Below are positions 27,270 to 37,141 of a DNA stretch of 64,000 nt, in pieces (position 1 is the stretch's first letter; each line of letters starts with the position of its first letter). The position numbers and the translations under genes were made by a program. A model generated the notes under the pieces. That model worked only from the letters and a program-made list of their open reading frames with translations, searched no databases and was not told the origin of the DNA. Location of the stretch: assembly GCA_041390685.1 (NCBI GenBank), contig JAWKPL010000001.1, positions 2,081,581-2,145,580 of the forward strand. Direction: 5' to 3'. The DNA comes from Dehalococcoidia bacterium. GTDB taxonomy: Bacteria; Chloroflexota; Dehalococcoidia; UBA2979.

Positions 27270-30062
27270 GTGCCTGCTTTCGCGCACCGCGAATACGTCG
27301 CCATCGACCTCGAAACGACCGGCTTCGACCCGGCCGCGGACCGCATCATCGAGGTCGGCGCCGTACGCTTCGACCGCGCCGGCCATGCCCGGCGCTTCCA
27401 GTCGCTCGTGCAGCCCGGCCGTCCCATTCCGCCCTTCGTCCAGACGCTCACTGGCATCACGGACCACGATGTTGCCGATGCTCGCCTCCAACTCGATGTC
27501 ATCGAGGAGCTGCGCGCCTTCGTCGACGGCTGCGAGGTCGTGGGGCATAACGTCCAGTTCGACCTGAGCTTCCTCCAGGCGGCTGGCCTGGCGTTCGACC
27601 GGCCGTCGCATGACACCTTTGACCTTGCCTCCGCGCTCCTGCCGGCGGCCACACGCCTCGGCCTCTCCTCGCTCGCCGCGACGCTCCGCATCGACATGCC
27701 GGTCGCCCACCGCGCGCTCGCCGACGCCGATGCGACTCACCGCGTCTTTCTCGACCTCCTCGACCGCCTCGAGGCGCTGCCCCGCGCCGTCCTGCTCGAC
27801 CTCCTCAGCATCGCAGACCAGTCGGAGTGGTCCGCCCGCGCGCTGCTCCTCGAGACGCTCGAACGCGACGGCGGCGCCCCGCCCGCGCCCGCTGCCCCCC
27901 TGTCGTCGCTGGTGCTCGCGCCACCCACCCCCATCCCACCCCCGCTCGTCCCCCGTGACGATCAGCGTCCGGTGCACCGCCCCGACGTCGATGCGCTGTT
28001 CGCGGCGGCAGCCGCCAGCCCCCTGTTGCCCGGGTTCGAGGTGCGTGAGGGCCAGTTGGCCATGGCCCGAGCCGTGGCCACGAACATCGAGTACGCCGGC
28101 CACCTCGCCGTCGAGGCCGGGACCGGGACCGGTAAGTCCGTCGCCTACCTGTTGCCCTCCCTCCTGCACGCCCTCCGCAACGACGACCGCGTCGTCGTCT
28201 CCACGCACACGCTGAACCTCCAGGAGCAGCTCGCGCAGCATGACCTGCCCGCGGCGGCCGCCCTCGTCGAAGCCCACGAGGGGGTAGCGCCGGGTTCGCT
28301 GCGTGCCACGGTCCTCAAGGGCCGCGCCAACTACCTCTGCCTCGAGCGCTGGGCGGAGCTGCGCGCCACGCCCCAGCCCCGCAACCAGACCGAGGCGCGC
28401 CTCCACGCGCGCATCGCTGTCTGGCTCCCTACCACCGAGACCGGCGAGCTGGGCGAGATCGCCGTCGCCGCCACCGAACGCAGCGCGTGGAACGCCCTCT
28501 CCGCCGACAGCAACGATTGCCTTGCGCGCCGCTGCGCGTACGTCCGCGACGGCAGCTGCTTCCTGCTGCGCGCCCGCGCCCGCGCCGCCGCCGCTCACGT
28601 CGTGATCGTCAACCACGCGCTCTTGCTCACGAACGCCGCCACCGGCGATCAGGTCCTGCCGCCCTTCCGCCACCTCGTCGTCGATGAGGCGCACCGCCTC
28701 GAGGGAGCCGCCACCCAGCGCTATGGCGCCAGCCTATCGCTCCGCGATCTCGAGTCCGCCATCGAGGCGCTCGGCCCTGCTGCGCTCCGCATGCGCGAAC
28801 TTGCCGCCGGGCACGGCGCACCGCTGTCTCCCATGGCCGGCCTGCGCGGTGTAGCCGACGCGCTCACAGCGGCCGCCGCGCGTGTCCTCGCCCGCATCCC
28901 GGACCTCGACGCGACGCTGCGCGACTTCCTCGCGGAGTTCGAGGAGGCCCCGGGCGCCGACCAGCCACAGCTCCTGATCACCGCCGCCAGCCGCGCGCAG
29001 CCCTCATGGGGCGACGTCGAACTCGCGGCCTCGCAGCTCGACGCAGCGCTCCTCAGCTGCAACGACCGCCTGCTTCAGGCCCGCTCCGCGCTCAACGACA
29101 TCGAGGAGGGCAGCGCGTCGTTCGTCGACCGTCTGCGCTCGTCGATGGCCGCGACCTCTGAAACTGCCTCCGCAGCCCGCTGGGCCCTGCAGGACGCCCT
29201 CCTCCGCACGGACCCGGCCTCGATCGTCTGGCTGGCCGGCAGCAACGGCCACGTCCGTGTGAACATCGCCCCCCTCGAGGTCGCCGACCGCCTCGCCTCC
29301 GACCTCTATGCCGCGCGCACCTCGGTCACCGTCACCAGCGCGACGCTCACCGCGAACGGCTCCTTCGACTACAGCACCCGCTCCCTCGGCCTCTTCGAGC
29401 CCGATACGCTCGCCGTCCCGTCGCCGTTCGACTACCGTCGCGCCGTCCTGGCGCTCGTGGTCGACGACATCCCCGCCCCCGACGAACCGGGCTACGCCGA
29501 GGCGATGCAGGCCGTCCTCGCCGAGGCGACGCGGGCCGCCGGCGGGCGCACGCTCGCGCTGTTCACGTCCCACAGCGCGGTGCGCGCCGCCGCCGAGGCG
29601 CTGGCCGCCCCGCTCGCCGCCGATGGCATTTCCGCGCTCGCCCATCAGGTCGATGGCTCCCCTGCCCGTCTGTTGCGCGCTCTCGTCGAGCAGCCCCGCA
29701 CGCTGCTCCTCGGCACGGCCGCGTTCTGGGAAGGCGTCGATGTGCGCGGCGACACCTTGTCGCAGATCGCGGTCGCGCGCCTTCCGTTCCCCGTCCCCAG
29801 CGAGCCGGTCTACGCTGGCCGCGCCGTCCTCTACGACGACCCCTTCTCGGAATACGCGCTTCCCCAGGCGGTGCTCCGCTTCCGCCAGGGCTTCGGCCGC
29901 CTGATCCGCGGGCAGGACGAACGAGGCGTGTTCCTCCTCCTCGACCGCCGCGCGCTGACCCGCGCCTACGGCGAAGCGTTCCTCGAGGCACTCCCGGACT
30001 GCGAAGTCCGGCACGTGCACGCCGCGGAGGTGCCACACGCGGTCGCTCGATGGCTCGCTTGA
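27270..30062 (+). CDS. dinG: Bifunctional DEDD 3'-5' exonuclease / DinG-family ATP-dependent helicase
   Basis: The N-terminus has YVAIDLETTGFDP...VVGHNVQFDLSFL...HRALADA (epsilon-like exonuclease). It is followed by helicase motifs EAGTGTGKS, DEAH and TSATL in a RAD3/XPD-like layout. Confidence 0.9.
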   Translation: MPAFAHREYVAIDLETTGFDPAADRIIEVGAVRFDRAGHARRFQSLVQPGRPIPPFVQTLTGITDHDVADARLQLDVIEELRAFVDGCEVVGHNVQFDLSFLQAAGLAFDRPSHDTFDLASALLPAATRLGLSSLAATLRIDMPVAHRALADADATHRVFLDLLDRLEALPRAVLLDLLSIADQSEWSARALLLETLERDGGAPPAPAAPLSSLVLAPPTPIPPPLVPRDDQRPVHRPDVDALFAAAAASPLLPGFEVREGQLAMARAVATNIEYAGHLAVEAGTGTGKSVAYLLPSLLHALRNDDRVVVSTHTLNLQEQLAQHDLPAAAALVEAHEGVAPGSLRATVLKGRANYLCLERWAELRATPQPRNQTEARLHARIAVWLPTTETGELGEIAVAATERSAWNALSADSNDCLARRCAYVRDGSCFLLRARARAAAAHVVIVNHALLLTNAATGDQVLPPFRHLVVDEAHRLEGAATQRYGASLSLRDLESAIEALGPAALRMRELAAGHGAPLSPMAGLRGVADALTAAAARVLARIPDLDATLRDFLAEFEEAPGADQPQLLITAASRAQPSWGDVELAASQLDAALLSCNDRLLQARSALNDIEEGSASFVDRLRSSMAATSETASAARWALQDALLRTDPASIVWLAGSNGHVRVNIAPLEVADRLASDLYAARTSVTVTSATLTANGSFDYSTRSLGLFEPDTLAVPSPFDYRRAVLALVVDDIPAPDEPGYAEAMQAVLAEATRAAGGRTLALFTSHSAVRAAAEALAAPLAADGISALAHQVDGSPARLLRALVEQPRTLLLGTAAFWEGVDVRGDTLSQIAVARLPFPVPSEPVYAGRAVLYDDPFSEYALPQAVLRFRQGFGRLIRGQDERGVFLLLDRRALTRAYGEAFLEALPDCEVRHVHAAEVPHAVARWLA

Positions 30063-30616
30063 ACGCTGACGCCCCGTCCCGCGCGAACCGCATCTGGGCG
30101 CGCGGCTTTGGCGTCACGCTCCGCCCGGCAACGCCTGCCGAGGTCGCGACGCCTGGCATCCAGCGCGCGCTCCGTGACGGCATCGGGCGCAACTACGAGG
30201 GCGACCTGCCCGCTGCCCCGGCCGGCTCGCAGTGCTATGCGATCTACGCGCAGGGCGCGCTTGTCGGCCTGCTCGCCTTCCGCGTCGATATTCCCGCCAC
30301 GGGCTCAGTCGTCTTCGATTGCATCGCCGTCGCGCCAGCGCATCGCGGCCACGCGTACGGGGCACGCGCGTTGCTCGCCGCCGAGCGCCGGCTGCGAGCG
30401 CCGTCCTGCTACGGCCGCGTCCCGAGGACGAACGGGCGCGGGCTCTACTTCTTGCTGCGCTGCGGCTACGCGCCCGTGCCGCCGCCACTCGGGGACGGCA
30501 CTACCTGGTTCCGCCGCCATCATCGGCGGCCGACGGCGGCGCCTGCGGTCGCGTCGGCTGCTGCCGCGCCGCCCGCGAGGCGGCCATCCGCGCGCGGATC
30601 CAGCGCCGGTAGCTGA
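30050..30616 (+). CDS. GNAT-family N-acetyltransferase-like protein
   Basis: IAVAPAHRGHAYGARAL (acetyl-CoA-binding motif A-like) and GYAPV. The start overlaps the dinG end by 13 nt. The Arg/Ala/Pro-rich tail may be non-functional read-through. Confidence 0.55.
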   Translation: MARLNADAPSRANRIWARGFGVTLRPATPAEVATPGIQRALRDGIGRNYEGDLPAAPAGSQCYAIYAQGALVGLLAFRVDIPATGSVVFDCIAVAPAHRGHAYGARALLAAERRLRAPSCYGRVPRTNGRGLYFLLRCGYAPVPPPLGDGTTWFRRHHRRPTAAPAVASAAAAPPARRPSARGSSAGS

Positions 30617-30839
30617 GGAACACAAACGCCGCGGCCGCCAGCGGCAGCACAAGGTCGAAGACGTTCTCCAGGCCCTCGGGTAGCGCGACGGAGGCGCGCC
30701 CGATCCAGGCCCCCGCCAGGAGCGTCGCCCAGAATCCGAGCCCGAATCCCCGCCCCGCCGACGCTTCCGCCGGAGGTGGCGGGCGTCGCTCGACCTCCGC
30801 ACGGCGGCGCCGTCCGGGCTGCGACGGCCGTCCGCTCAC
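30501..30839 (-). CDS. Small predicted 2-TM protein (112 aa), last gene of the cca operon
   Basis: Only the 3' third of track ORF 30501..31247 is kept. The GTG at 30839-30837 overlaps the stop of the preceding zinc-finger gene (GTGA). Hydrophobic segments are FGLGFWATLLAGAWIG and VFDLVLPLAAAAFVFLSY. It overlaps the GNAT 3' tail convergently by 116 nt. Confidence 0.4.
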   Translation of the reverse strand: MSGRPSQPGRRRRAEVERRPPPPAEASAGRGFGLGFWATLLAGAWIGRASVALPEGLENVFDLVLPLAAAAFVFLSYRRWIRARMAASRAARQQPTRPQAPPSAADDGGGTR

Positions 30840-31072
30840 GAACCGGCCGCTCGCGCCTCGCGCAGCTGCGCGGTCGTGCCCTCCATGCAGGGCCGGCAGA
30901 AGAAGTCGAGCGTCGGCTCGAGGCCGGAGTCGATGGACGCGTCGCCGCAGTCCTTCCCTGGCGTCTGGTACGGGTTCAGGTGGTAGTCCTGCCCGCACCC
31001 GTCGCATGAGGCGAGCAACCGCCGGTCCTCGACCGTTTCCTCGCACACCCAGCAGGTCATCCCGGACTCCAT
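30836..31072 (-). CDS. Mini zinc-finger protein, PHD/RING-like C4HC3 pattern (78 aa)
   Basis: Ligands are C7, C10, C23, C26, H31, C42, C59 and C62, with the core SCDGCGQDYHLN. A GGGGAG SD lies 6 nt upstream. It is a paralogue of the adjacent 77-aa gene. Confidence 0.7.
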   Translation of the reverse strand: MESGMTCWVCEETVEDRRLLASCDGCGQDYHLNPYQTPGKDCGDASIDSGLEPTLDFFCRPCMEGTTAQLREARAAGS

Positions 31073-31084
31073 CGTTGGCTCCCC

Positions 31085-31318
31085 TCAGCCCACCCGCGCC
31101 AGCCGCCCGCCCGCCGCCTCGCCCTGGAGGCGCGCGCCGCACGGGTCGCAGTACACGCTCCAGCCGCACGCCGCGCCCACGTAGGCCGCCCCGCAGCTCG
31201 TCTCGTCGATGTCCGCGCGCAGGTTGAGGTGAAACGGTCGCAGGCACTCATCGCAAATCGCGTGTCGCGCCGGCGGCACCACCTCTCCACAGACGGTGCA
31301 CAGGACCCCGTCAGGCAT
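31085..31318 (-). CDS. Mini zinc-finger protein, PHD/RING-like C4HC3 pattern (77 aa)
   Basis: Ligands are C7, C10, C22, C25, H30, C42, (C51), C57 and C60, with the core ICDECLRPFHLN. The ATG overlaps the cca stop (ATGCCTGA). Confidence 0.7.
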   Translation of the reverse strand: MPDGVLCTVCGEVVPPARHAICDECLRPFHLNLRADIDETSCGAAYVGAACGWSVYCDPCGARLQGEAAGGRLARVG

Positions 31319-32588
31319 CGTCCGTTCGCTCCTCGGCCAGCCACGCGCGCACCGCGCGCCGTGCGTCGGCCACTCCCGTCAGAGTGCCGAGGTACCGCTC
31401 GCGGCGCAAGCGCCGCAGCATGACGCCCAGCCGGGGCCCCGCCGGCACTCCCATCGCCTCGATCGCACGCCCGTCGAGGTGGGCGCGCGTCCGCTCCCAC
31501 CGCCGCAACTCCCGCTGCAGGGCGTGCTGCCGCTCCGGTTCGATCCACCGCGCCGCCGTCCGTCCCACCTGCCCCGTGTCCGCGATCCGGTCGAGCGCCT
31601 CCGGCTCCATGCTCGACGCTTCGAGAAGGCGCGTGGCGTCGCGCACGGCCTCCGCTGCCTCCCGTGGGGGGCTCAGCCGCTGCCGTGCGCGCTCCCGCTC
31701 GGGTGCGTCCAGCGGCGCCAGCAGCACCGCCAGCAGCACGTCCACTCCAATGGGCCCCGGCCGGCGTCGCAGCGCCCGGACACTCACCGCTGGAAGCCGC
31801 AGCCCCGCGCTGGTCGCTTCAAGCACGCCCCACCGGTCGAGGAGTCGCAGCGTCGCGAGGACTCGACGCTCCTCCGCCGTGCGCTCGAGCTCCGCCCACA
31901 GCCGCCGTCCCGATACCGGTGCCAGCCAGCGTCCGCCTTCCTCGATCAGCCGCGCCGTCTCCGCCGTTGGCCGGAGCCCCACGCGCGCCGCGTAGCGCGC
32001 CCCGCGCCACAGCCGTGTCGCGTCGTCCGCGAACGAACGCGGGTGCAGCACCCGCAGCCGCCGCGCCGCGAGGTCCGCCAGTCCTCCATATGGGTCCACG
32101 ACCTCGCCCGTCCGCGGCCCTGAGAGCCCGAGCGCGACCGCGTTCACGCTGAAGTCGCGCCGCCCGAGGTCGTCCTCGATCGTGGCCCCGAGCCGCACTG
32201 CGGGGAGCGCCCCAGGACGCGCGTACGTCTCTGTCCGCAGCCCCGCGAGGTCGAGCCGGAGTCCGCCCGCGTCGACCCAGGCCGTGCCGAACCGCTCCTC
32301 GACGCCCGCGCGGCCGCCACTGCGATGCGCAAGGTCGCTCGCGAACCTCCCCGCGTCCCCCGCCACGGCCAGGTCGAGGTCGCGCACTCCGAGGCCCGCG
32401 CACAGGTCTCGCAGACATCCTCCGACCGCCCAGACCTCCAGTCCTGCCTCGGCTGCGGCTTCCCGTGTGGCGCGCAGGATCGAGCGCAAGGGCGCGATCA
32501 GCGCGCCATCGAGGGCACTCAGATTAGGATGCGTAAGCGGATGATCCGTTCTTGACACTCCGGACCCCGCTTCGTACGATCCCCGCAC
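31311..32588 (-). CDS. cca: Class II tRNA nucleotidyltransferase (CCA-adding enzyme / poly(A) polymerase family)
   Basis: VGGCLRDLCAGLGVRDLDLAV, RRDFSVNA and DDATRLWRGARYAARVG. The N-terminal boundary is uncertain (GTG at 32588 or 32558). Confidence 0.88.
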   Translation of the reverse strand: MRGSYEAGSGVSRTDHPLTHPNLSALDGALIAPLRSILRATREAAAEAGLEVWAVGGCLRDLCAGLGVRDLDLAVAGDAGRFASDLAHRSGGRAGVEERFGTAWVDAGGLRLDLAGLRTETYARPGALPAVRLGATIEDDLGRRDFSVNAVALGLSGPRTGEVVDPYGGLADLAARRLRVLHPRSFADDATRLWRGARYAARVGLRPTAETARLIEEGGRWLAPVSGRRLWAELERTAEERRVLATLRLLDRWGVLEATSAGLRLPAVSVRALRRRPGPIGVDVLLAVLLAPLDAPERERARQRLSPPREAAEAVRDATRLLEASSMEPEALDRIADTGQVGRTAARWIEPERQHALQRELRRWERTRAHLDGRAIEAMGVPAGPRLGVMLRRLRRERYLGTLTGVADARRAVRAWLAEERTDDA

Positions 32589-32655
32589 TCGCCGGGCACG
32601 AGTTCGACTCTACGTCTGCGGCGAGACCCTGGCCCACGACATCGTACGGTGGCGG

Positions 32656-33441
32656 ATGGCGTACGGTGGGAGAGGCGGACGAGTGGTTTCCGCATCCGCA
32701 GCTGCTGCTCCCGGCGACGCCCTCCCCGGTCGCCCGAGCCATGAATCGCAAGCGCAGGACAGCCTCGGTCTCGTCTTCGACGACCCGGGCCTGCTGCGCG
32801 TCGCCCTGACGCATCCCTCGTACGCGAACGAGCACCCGGAACAGGGACAGGACACGAATGAGCGGCTTGAGTTCCTGGGCGACGCCGTCCTCGGCCTCAT
32901 CGTCGCCGAGTCGCTCTACGCGGACTTCCCCGACATCGAGGAAGGACGCCTCACCGAATGGCGCGCGCAGCTCGTCTGCGGGCCGACGCTCGCCCGCGTC
33001 GCCACGCGCCTCGGGTTGGGTGACCTCCTGCTCCTCGGCCGCGGCGAGGAAGCCACCGGCGGCCGCGGTCGTGAGGGCAACCTCGAACGCGTCTTCGAGG
33101 CCGTCGTCGGTGCCGTCATGCTCGACCGCGGTCTCGAGGCCGCTCGCGACTTCGCCCAGCGCTCACTCCGCGAGGAGTTCGCGGCGCTCGATGGCGATCC
33201 CGGCGTGCTGAACCCGAAAGGCGCGCTCCAACAGCTCGTGCAGGGCGTCCTCGGCCGCCCGCAGTACGTCACCGTCGCGGAGGAGGGCCCGGAACACGCG
33301 CGCCGCTTCACCATCGAGGCCCGCATCGAGGGCGAGGTCGTCGGCACCGGCGTGGGCTCCAGCAAGCACCAGGCAGAGAAGGAAGCCGCGCGCCAGGCGC
33401 TCACGCTCATCCGCGCTCGCCTCGCCGAGCAGGCAGGCTAG
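32656..33441 (+). CDS. rnc: Ribonuclease III
   Basis: NERLEFLGDAVLG (signature motif), FEAVVGAV, and a C-terminal dsRBD (KGALQQLVQ...SSKHQAEKEAARQAL). The start may be the internal GTG at 32683. Confidence 0.93.
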   Translation: MAYGGRGGRVVSASAAAAPGDALPGRPSHESQAQDSLGLVFDDPGLLRVALTHPSYANEHPEQGQDTNERLEFLGDAVLGLIVAESLYADFPDIEEGRLTEWRAQLVCGPTLARVATRLGLGDLLLLGRGEEATGGRGREGNLERVFEAVVGAVMLDRGLEAARDFAQRSLREEFAALDGDPGVLNPKGALQQLVQGVLGRPQYVTVAEEGPEHARRFTIEARIEGEVVGTGVGSSKHQAEKEAARQALTLIRARLAEQAG

Positions 33442-33443
33442 GC

Positions 33444-36400
33444 GTGTACCTCCGCCGCGTCGAGGTCCATGGCTTCAAGTCGTTCGCCGACCGTCACCGC
33501 TTTGACTTCACCCCCGGCGTCACAGCCGTCGTTGGCCCGAACGGCTCCGGCAAGTCGAACGTCGCCGAGGCCGTCCGCTGGGCCCTCGGCGAGCAGTCGG
33601 CCCGCTCCCTCCGCGCACGCAAGACCGAAGACGTGATCTTCTCCGGCTCCGACCGGCGTCGGCAGCTCGGCATGGCCGAGGTCACACTGGTGCTCGACAA
33701 CTCCGAACAGTGGATGCCCGTCGACTTCTCCGAGGTCAGCGTCACGAGGCGTGCCTACCGCTCTGGCGAGAGCGAGTACCTGATCAACGGACAGCGCGTC
33801 CGCCTGATGGATGTCCACGACCTCTTCCGGCGTGCTCAGGTCGGCCAGAACTCCTACGCGATGATGTCCCAGGGCCTCGTCGATGAAGTGCTGGCGCTGC
33901 GCCCCGTCGAGCGCCGGGACCTCATTGAGGAAGCTGCCGACGTCCATCGCCACCGCATCGAGCTGAACCGCGCCGAGCGCCGCCTCACGGAGACCCGCGA
34001 CAACCTCGGCCACGTGCGCATGCTCATCCGCGAGGTCGAACCCCGCCTGAAGCAGCTCGAACGCCAGTCAGCCCGTGCCGAGCGCTTCAAGGTGCTCCAG
34101 GCGCAGCTCTCGGACGCCCTGCAGGTCTACTACGAGCACGAGCTGCGCGCCGCCCAGGAGGCGCTCACCGCCGCGCGCGCTCGCCACGATCAGCAGGCAC
34201 AGGCGTTCCAGTCCGCCCGTGTCGAGGTCGAAGGCGTCCTCACGCGCGCCGAGGCGGTCGACGGCCGCGTCCACGACCTGCGCATGGCACTCGAACGCGC
34301 CCAGGCCACCGACCGGGCTCTCACCGAAGAGGGACTGCGCCTGCAACAGGCCGTCGCGCTCGCCGAGCAACGCCTCGATCTGCTCGCCGTGCGCCGCGAG
34401 GAGGTGGAGGCGGAACTCGCCTCGATGCCCCCCATCCTCGACGATGACGGCGACCCGGCCGCCGAGGCCGCGGCCCTCGACGCTCGCGTCCGCGCCGCCC
34501 GTTCCGACCTCGATCGCGAGCAGGAGGCGCTGCGCGCCGCGGACGAGGCGGCTCGGACGGTCCTCCGCACCCTCGCCGAGGCCGAGGCGCGTCGCACCCG
34601 GCTCGACGCCGAGCTGGTCGACACCGAGCGCCGCCTCGCGGCGCACGAGGCCGCCGCCGCCCGGCGCGCCGAGGAGCGCGCCGCCGCGCGCGAGCGCCGC
34701 GACACCGCGAAGCACGAGCTGCGCGAGTACGGCCGCCGGGTGCTCGCGCTCGACCAGGAACGCATCCAGCTCACGTTCGCCGCGCAGGAGACGCGCCGCC
34801 GCCGCGATGTCGCCGAGCGCCAGCTCGAGGAGCAGCTGCGCGTCGCCGTCGAGGCGAACGATGCGCTCCGGCAGGCGTCCGCCCGCGTCCAACAGCTGCG
34901 CGGACGGCTCGATATCCTCACGTCGCTCTCCGAGCAGGCCTTCGACGCCACCGCGACGGCGCAAGCGCTGCTCGCGGCCGCCGGTGAGCGCCGTCCGGAC
35001 GGCTCGCCTGTCGTCTCCGGCGTCGTGGGCATCGTCTCCCGCCTCCTCCGCGTCCCCGACGGCCTGGACCGCGCCGTCGAAGCGGCGCTCGCCGAGCACC
35101 TGTCCGCGGTGGTCGTGGAGACCGAGTCCGATGCGGCCGCCGCCATCGAGTACCTGCGCGAGACCGGGGGCGGCGCGCTCACCCTCTTCCCGCTGGACCG
35201 CATGCCGCACGTCTACCCGCTCAACCTCTTCAACGAGCGCGGGGTCATCGGCGTCGCCGCGCGTCTCGTGCGCGTGGAGCAGCGCTTTCGCCCGCTCATC
35301 GACACCCTGCTCGGCCGCGTCATTGTGGTCGAGAACTACGAGGTCGCCACGCGCATGGTGCGCCGCGGCCTCGGCTCCGTCGTGACGAAGGACGGCATCC
35401 TGCTCCGCCAGGGCGGCTCGATGTACGGCGGCGGCAGCGGCGCCGGCTCCGAGACGTTCGGCGTCATCCGCGAGCTCGAGACCCTCCCGGGCGAAATCGA
35501 GGAAGCCACGCTGACCGAGGAGCGCGAACGGGCGCGCCTCGCCCGCGCCGAAGACGCCGTCGCCGACGCCCGAGACGCCGTCGCCGCCGCTCGCAAGCTC
35601 GTCGACGAAGCCGAGGAGCGCCGCCGCCTCCAGGAGGAGGCCCGCACGCGCCTGCGCCGTGACCTCGGCGCGCTGGCCGGGCAGATGCGCGTGACGCACG
35701 TCGCCCTCCGCGAGGATTCCTCGGACGCGACCGCCGTCGAGGAGGCTCGGTCCCGCCGCGAGGCCATCCGCGCCGGCCTCGAGACCGCTGCCGCCGATAT
35801 CGTCCGTCTGCGCGACCAGACCGAGGCGGTCTCCGCCGAACGCGATGCCGCCGCGCTCCACGTGTCCACCGCCACGGGCGCGCTCGCCGCGGCCGAGGGC
35901 GAACGCGACTCAGCCCAGAAGCGCCAGGCCCAGCGTGCCGAGGAGCGCCGCCTGGCCCGCGAACGCCTCGACCAGCGTCAGGCGCTGCTCGCGGCCGCCC
36001 GTCGTGAGAGCGAGGACATCGAGCTGTCGCTGCGTGACCAGCGCGCCCAGCTTGCGAATAACCGCACCGCCCTCGCCGCCGCTTCAGAAGCCGTCGGGCC
36101 TGCACACGCGGCCCTCGCGGACGCCCTCACCGAGCAGCGCGAGCTCGCCGCTTCCCGCGGCGATGCCCAGAACCGCCTCCTCGCCGCCGAGCGCGACATG
36201 CTCACCTCCGATGCCGCGCTGCGGCAGGCTGCGGGCCACCTCCAGTCGCTCCAGCAGCAGGTTGCGGAAGAGGGGCTGGAAGTCGCGCCGGACGGCTCCG
36301 TCCGTCCCGCCCCGCCGCCTGACGCCGACCCCGTCGAGGCGTCGACCGCCGTCCCGGCCCCCGCCGGCGGCGCAGACGTGGACCCCGAGGAGCTGCGCAA

Positions 36401-37049
36401 GCGCATCACGGAGCTCCGGTCAAGCATCCGCAACCTCGGCCCGGTGAACATCGACGCGCTCGACGACCTCACCGAGGAGCGCACCCGCCACGACTTCCTG
36501 TCGCACCAGGTGACGGACCTCGAAGCGGCCGAGGCCGAGCTCCGCGCCGCCATCCGCGACCTCGAAAAGCTGATCCGCACCCGCTTCGACGAGACCTTCG
36601 GTGTCGTGAACACGAACTTCCAGTCGTACTTTCAGCGCTTCTTCGGCGGTGGCCACGCCGAGTTGCGCATCGTCGAGCCCGAAGGCGACGGCGGCGAGGC
36701 GGGCGTCGAGATCGTCGCGCAGCCGCCCGGCAAGCGCGTCGCATCCCTGAACATGCTCTCCGGCGGCGAGCGTTCCATGACCTCGGTGGCCCTGCTGTTC
36801 GCGCTCCTCGCTGTGAACCCTGCGCCCGTCTGCGTAATGGATGAGGTGGACGCCGCCCTCGACGAGGCCAACGTGAGCCGGTTCGTTGACACACTCCGCG
36901 AGCTCGCGCAACGCTCGCAGTTCATCATCATCACCCACAACCGCCGCACCACCGAGGCCGCGGACACCATCTACGGCATCTCCATGGGCGAGGAGTCCAC
37001 CTCGCAGGTGCTCTCGCTCAGCCTGGCCGAACTGCCCCGCGCGTCATGA
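33444..37049 (+). CDS. smc: Chromosome partition protein Smc
   Basis: 1201 aa. The Walker A motif GPNGSGKSN is N-terminal, followed by long coiled coils, a hinge, and a C-terminal LSGGE...DEVDAALD. Confidence 0.97.
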   Translation: MYLRRVEVHGFKSFADRHRFDFTPGVTAVVGPNGSGKSNVAEAVRWALGEQSARSLRARKTEDVIFSGSDRRRQLGMAEVTLVLDNSEQWMPVDFSEVSVTRRAYRSGESEYLINGQRVRLMDVHDLFRRAQVGQNSYAMMSQGLVDEVLALRPVERRDLIEEAADVHRHRIELNRAERRLTETRDNLGHVRMLIREVEPRLKQLERQSARAERFKVLQAQLSDALQVYYEHELRAAQEALTAARARHDQQAQAFQSARVEVEGVLTRAEAVDGRVHDLRMALERAQATDRALTEEGLRLQQAVALAEQRLDLLAVRREEVEAELASMPPILDDDGDPAAEAAALDARVRAARSDLDREQEALRAADEAARTVLRTLAEAEARRTRLDAELVDTERRLAAHEAAAARRAEERAAARERRDTAKHELREYGRRVLALDQERIQLTFAAQETRRRRDVAERQLEEQLRVAVEANDALRQASARVQQLRGRLDILTSLSEQAFDATATAQALLAAAGERRPDGSPVVSGVVGIVSRLLRVPDGLDRAVEAALAEHLSAVVVETESDAAAAIEYLRETGGGALTLFPLDRMPHVYPLNLFNERGVIGVAARLVRVEQRFRPLIDTLLGRVIVVENYEVATRMVRRGLGSVVTKDGILLRQGGSMYGGGSGAGSETFGVIRELETLPGEIEEATLTEERERARLARAEDAVADARDAVAAARKLVDEAEERRRLQEEARTRLRRDLGALAGQMRVTHVALREDSSDATAVEEARSRREAIRAGLETAAADIVRLRDQTEAVSAERDAAALHVSTATGALAAAEGERDSAQKRQAQRAEERRLARERLDQRQALLAAARRESEDIELSLRDQRAQLANNRTALAAASEAVGPAHAALADALTEQRELAASRGDAQNRLLAAERDMLTSDAALRQAAGHLQSLQQQVAEEGLEVAPDGSVRPAPPPDADPVEASTAVPAPAGGADVDPEELRKRITELRSSIRNLGPVNIDALDDLTEERTRHDFLSHQVTDLEAAEAELRAAIRDLEKLIRTRFDETFGVVNTNFQSYFQRFFGGGHAELRIVEPEGDGGEAGVEIVAQPPGKRVASLNMLSGGERSMTSVALLFALLAVNPAPVCVMDEVDAALDEANVSRFVDTLRELAQRSQFIIITHNRRTTEAADTIYGISMGEESTSQVLSLSLAELPRAS

Positions 37050-37141
37050 CCGCCCGCGAGGGCGGATGACGGCGCTCGCCGCCACGCATAGGATCGGATG
37101 AGCCCCACCATCCGCCCGACCACCGCTCGCAGGGAGTCCCA

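Noticed and set aside
30501-31247. 248-aa minus-strand ORF taken at full length.
   Set aside because: Its 5' two-thirds overlap both mini zinc-finger genes in a different frame and are Arg/Gly/Pro-rich. Only the 3' 339 nt, which begin at a GTG overlapping the upstream stop and encode two TM helices, were kept. Even those carry low confidence.
34068-35861. 597-aa antisense ORF, plus several 300-440-aa alternate-frame ORFs inside smc.
   Set aside because: The smc frame is continuous for 1201 aa with Walker A, hinge and signature motifs. The others are Ala/Arg/Gly or Ser/Arg/Pro-rich, as expected for off-frame translation of a GC-rich coiled-coil gene.
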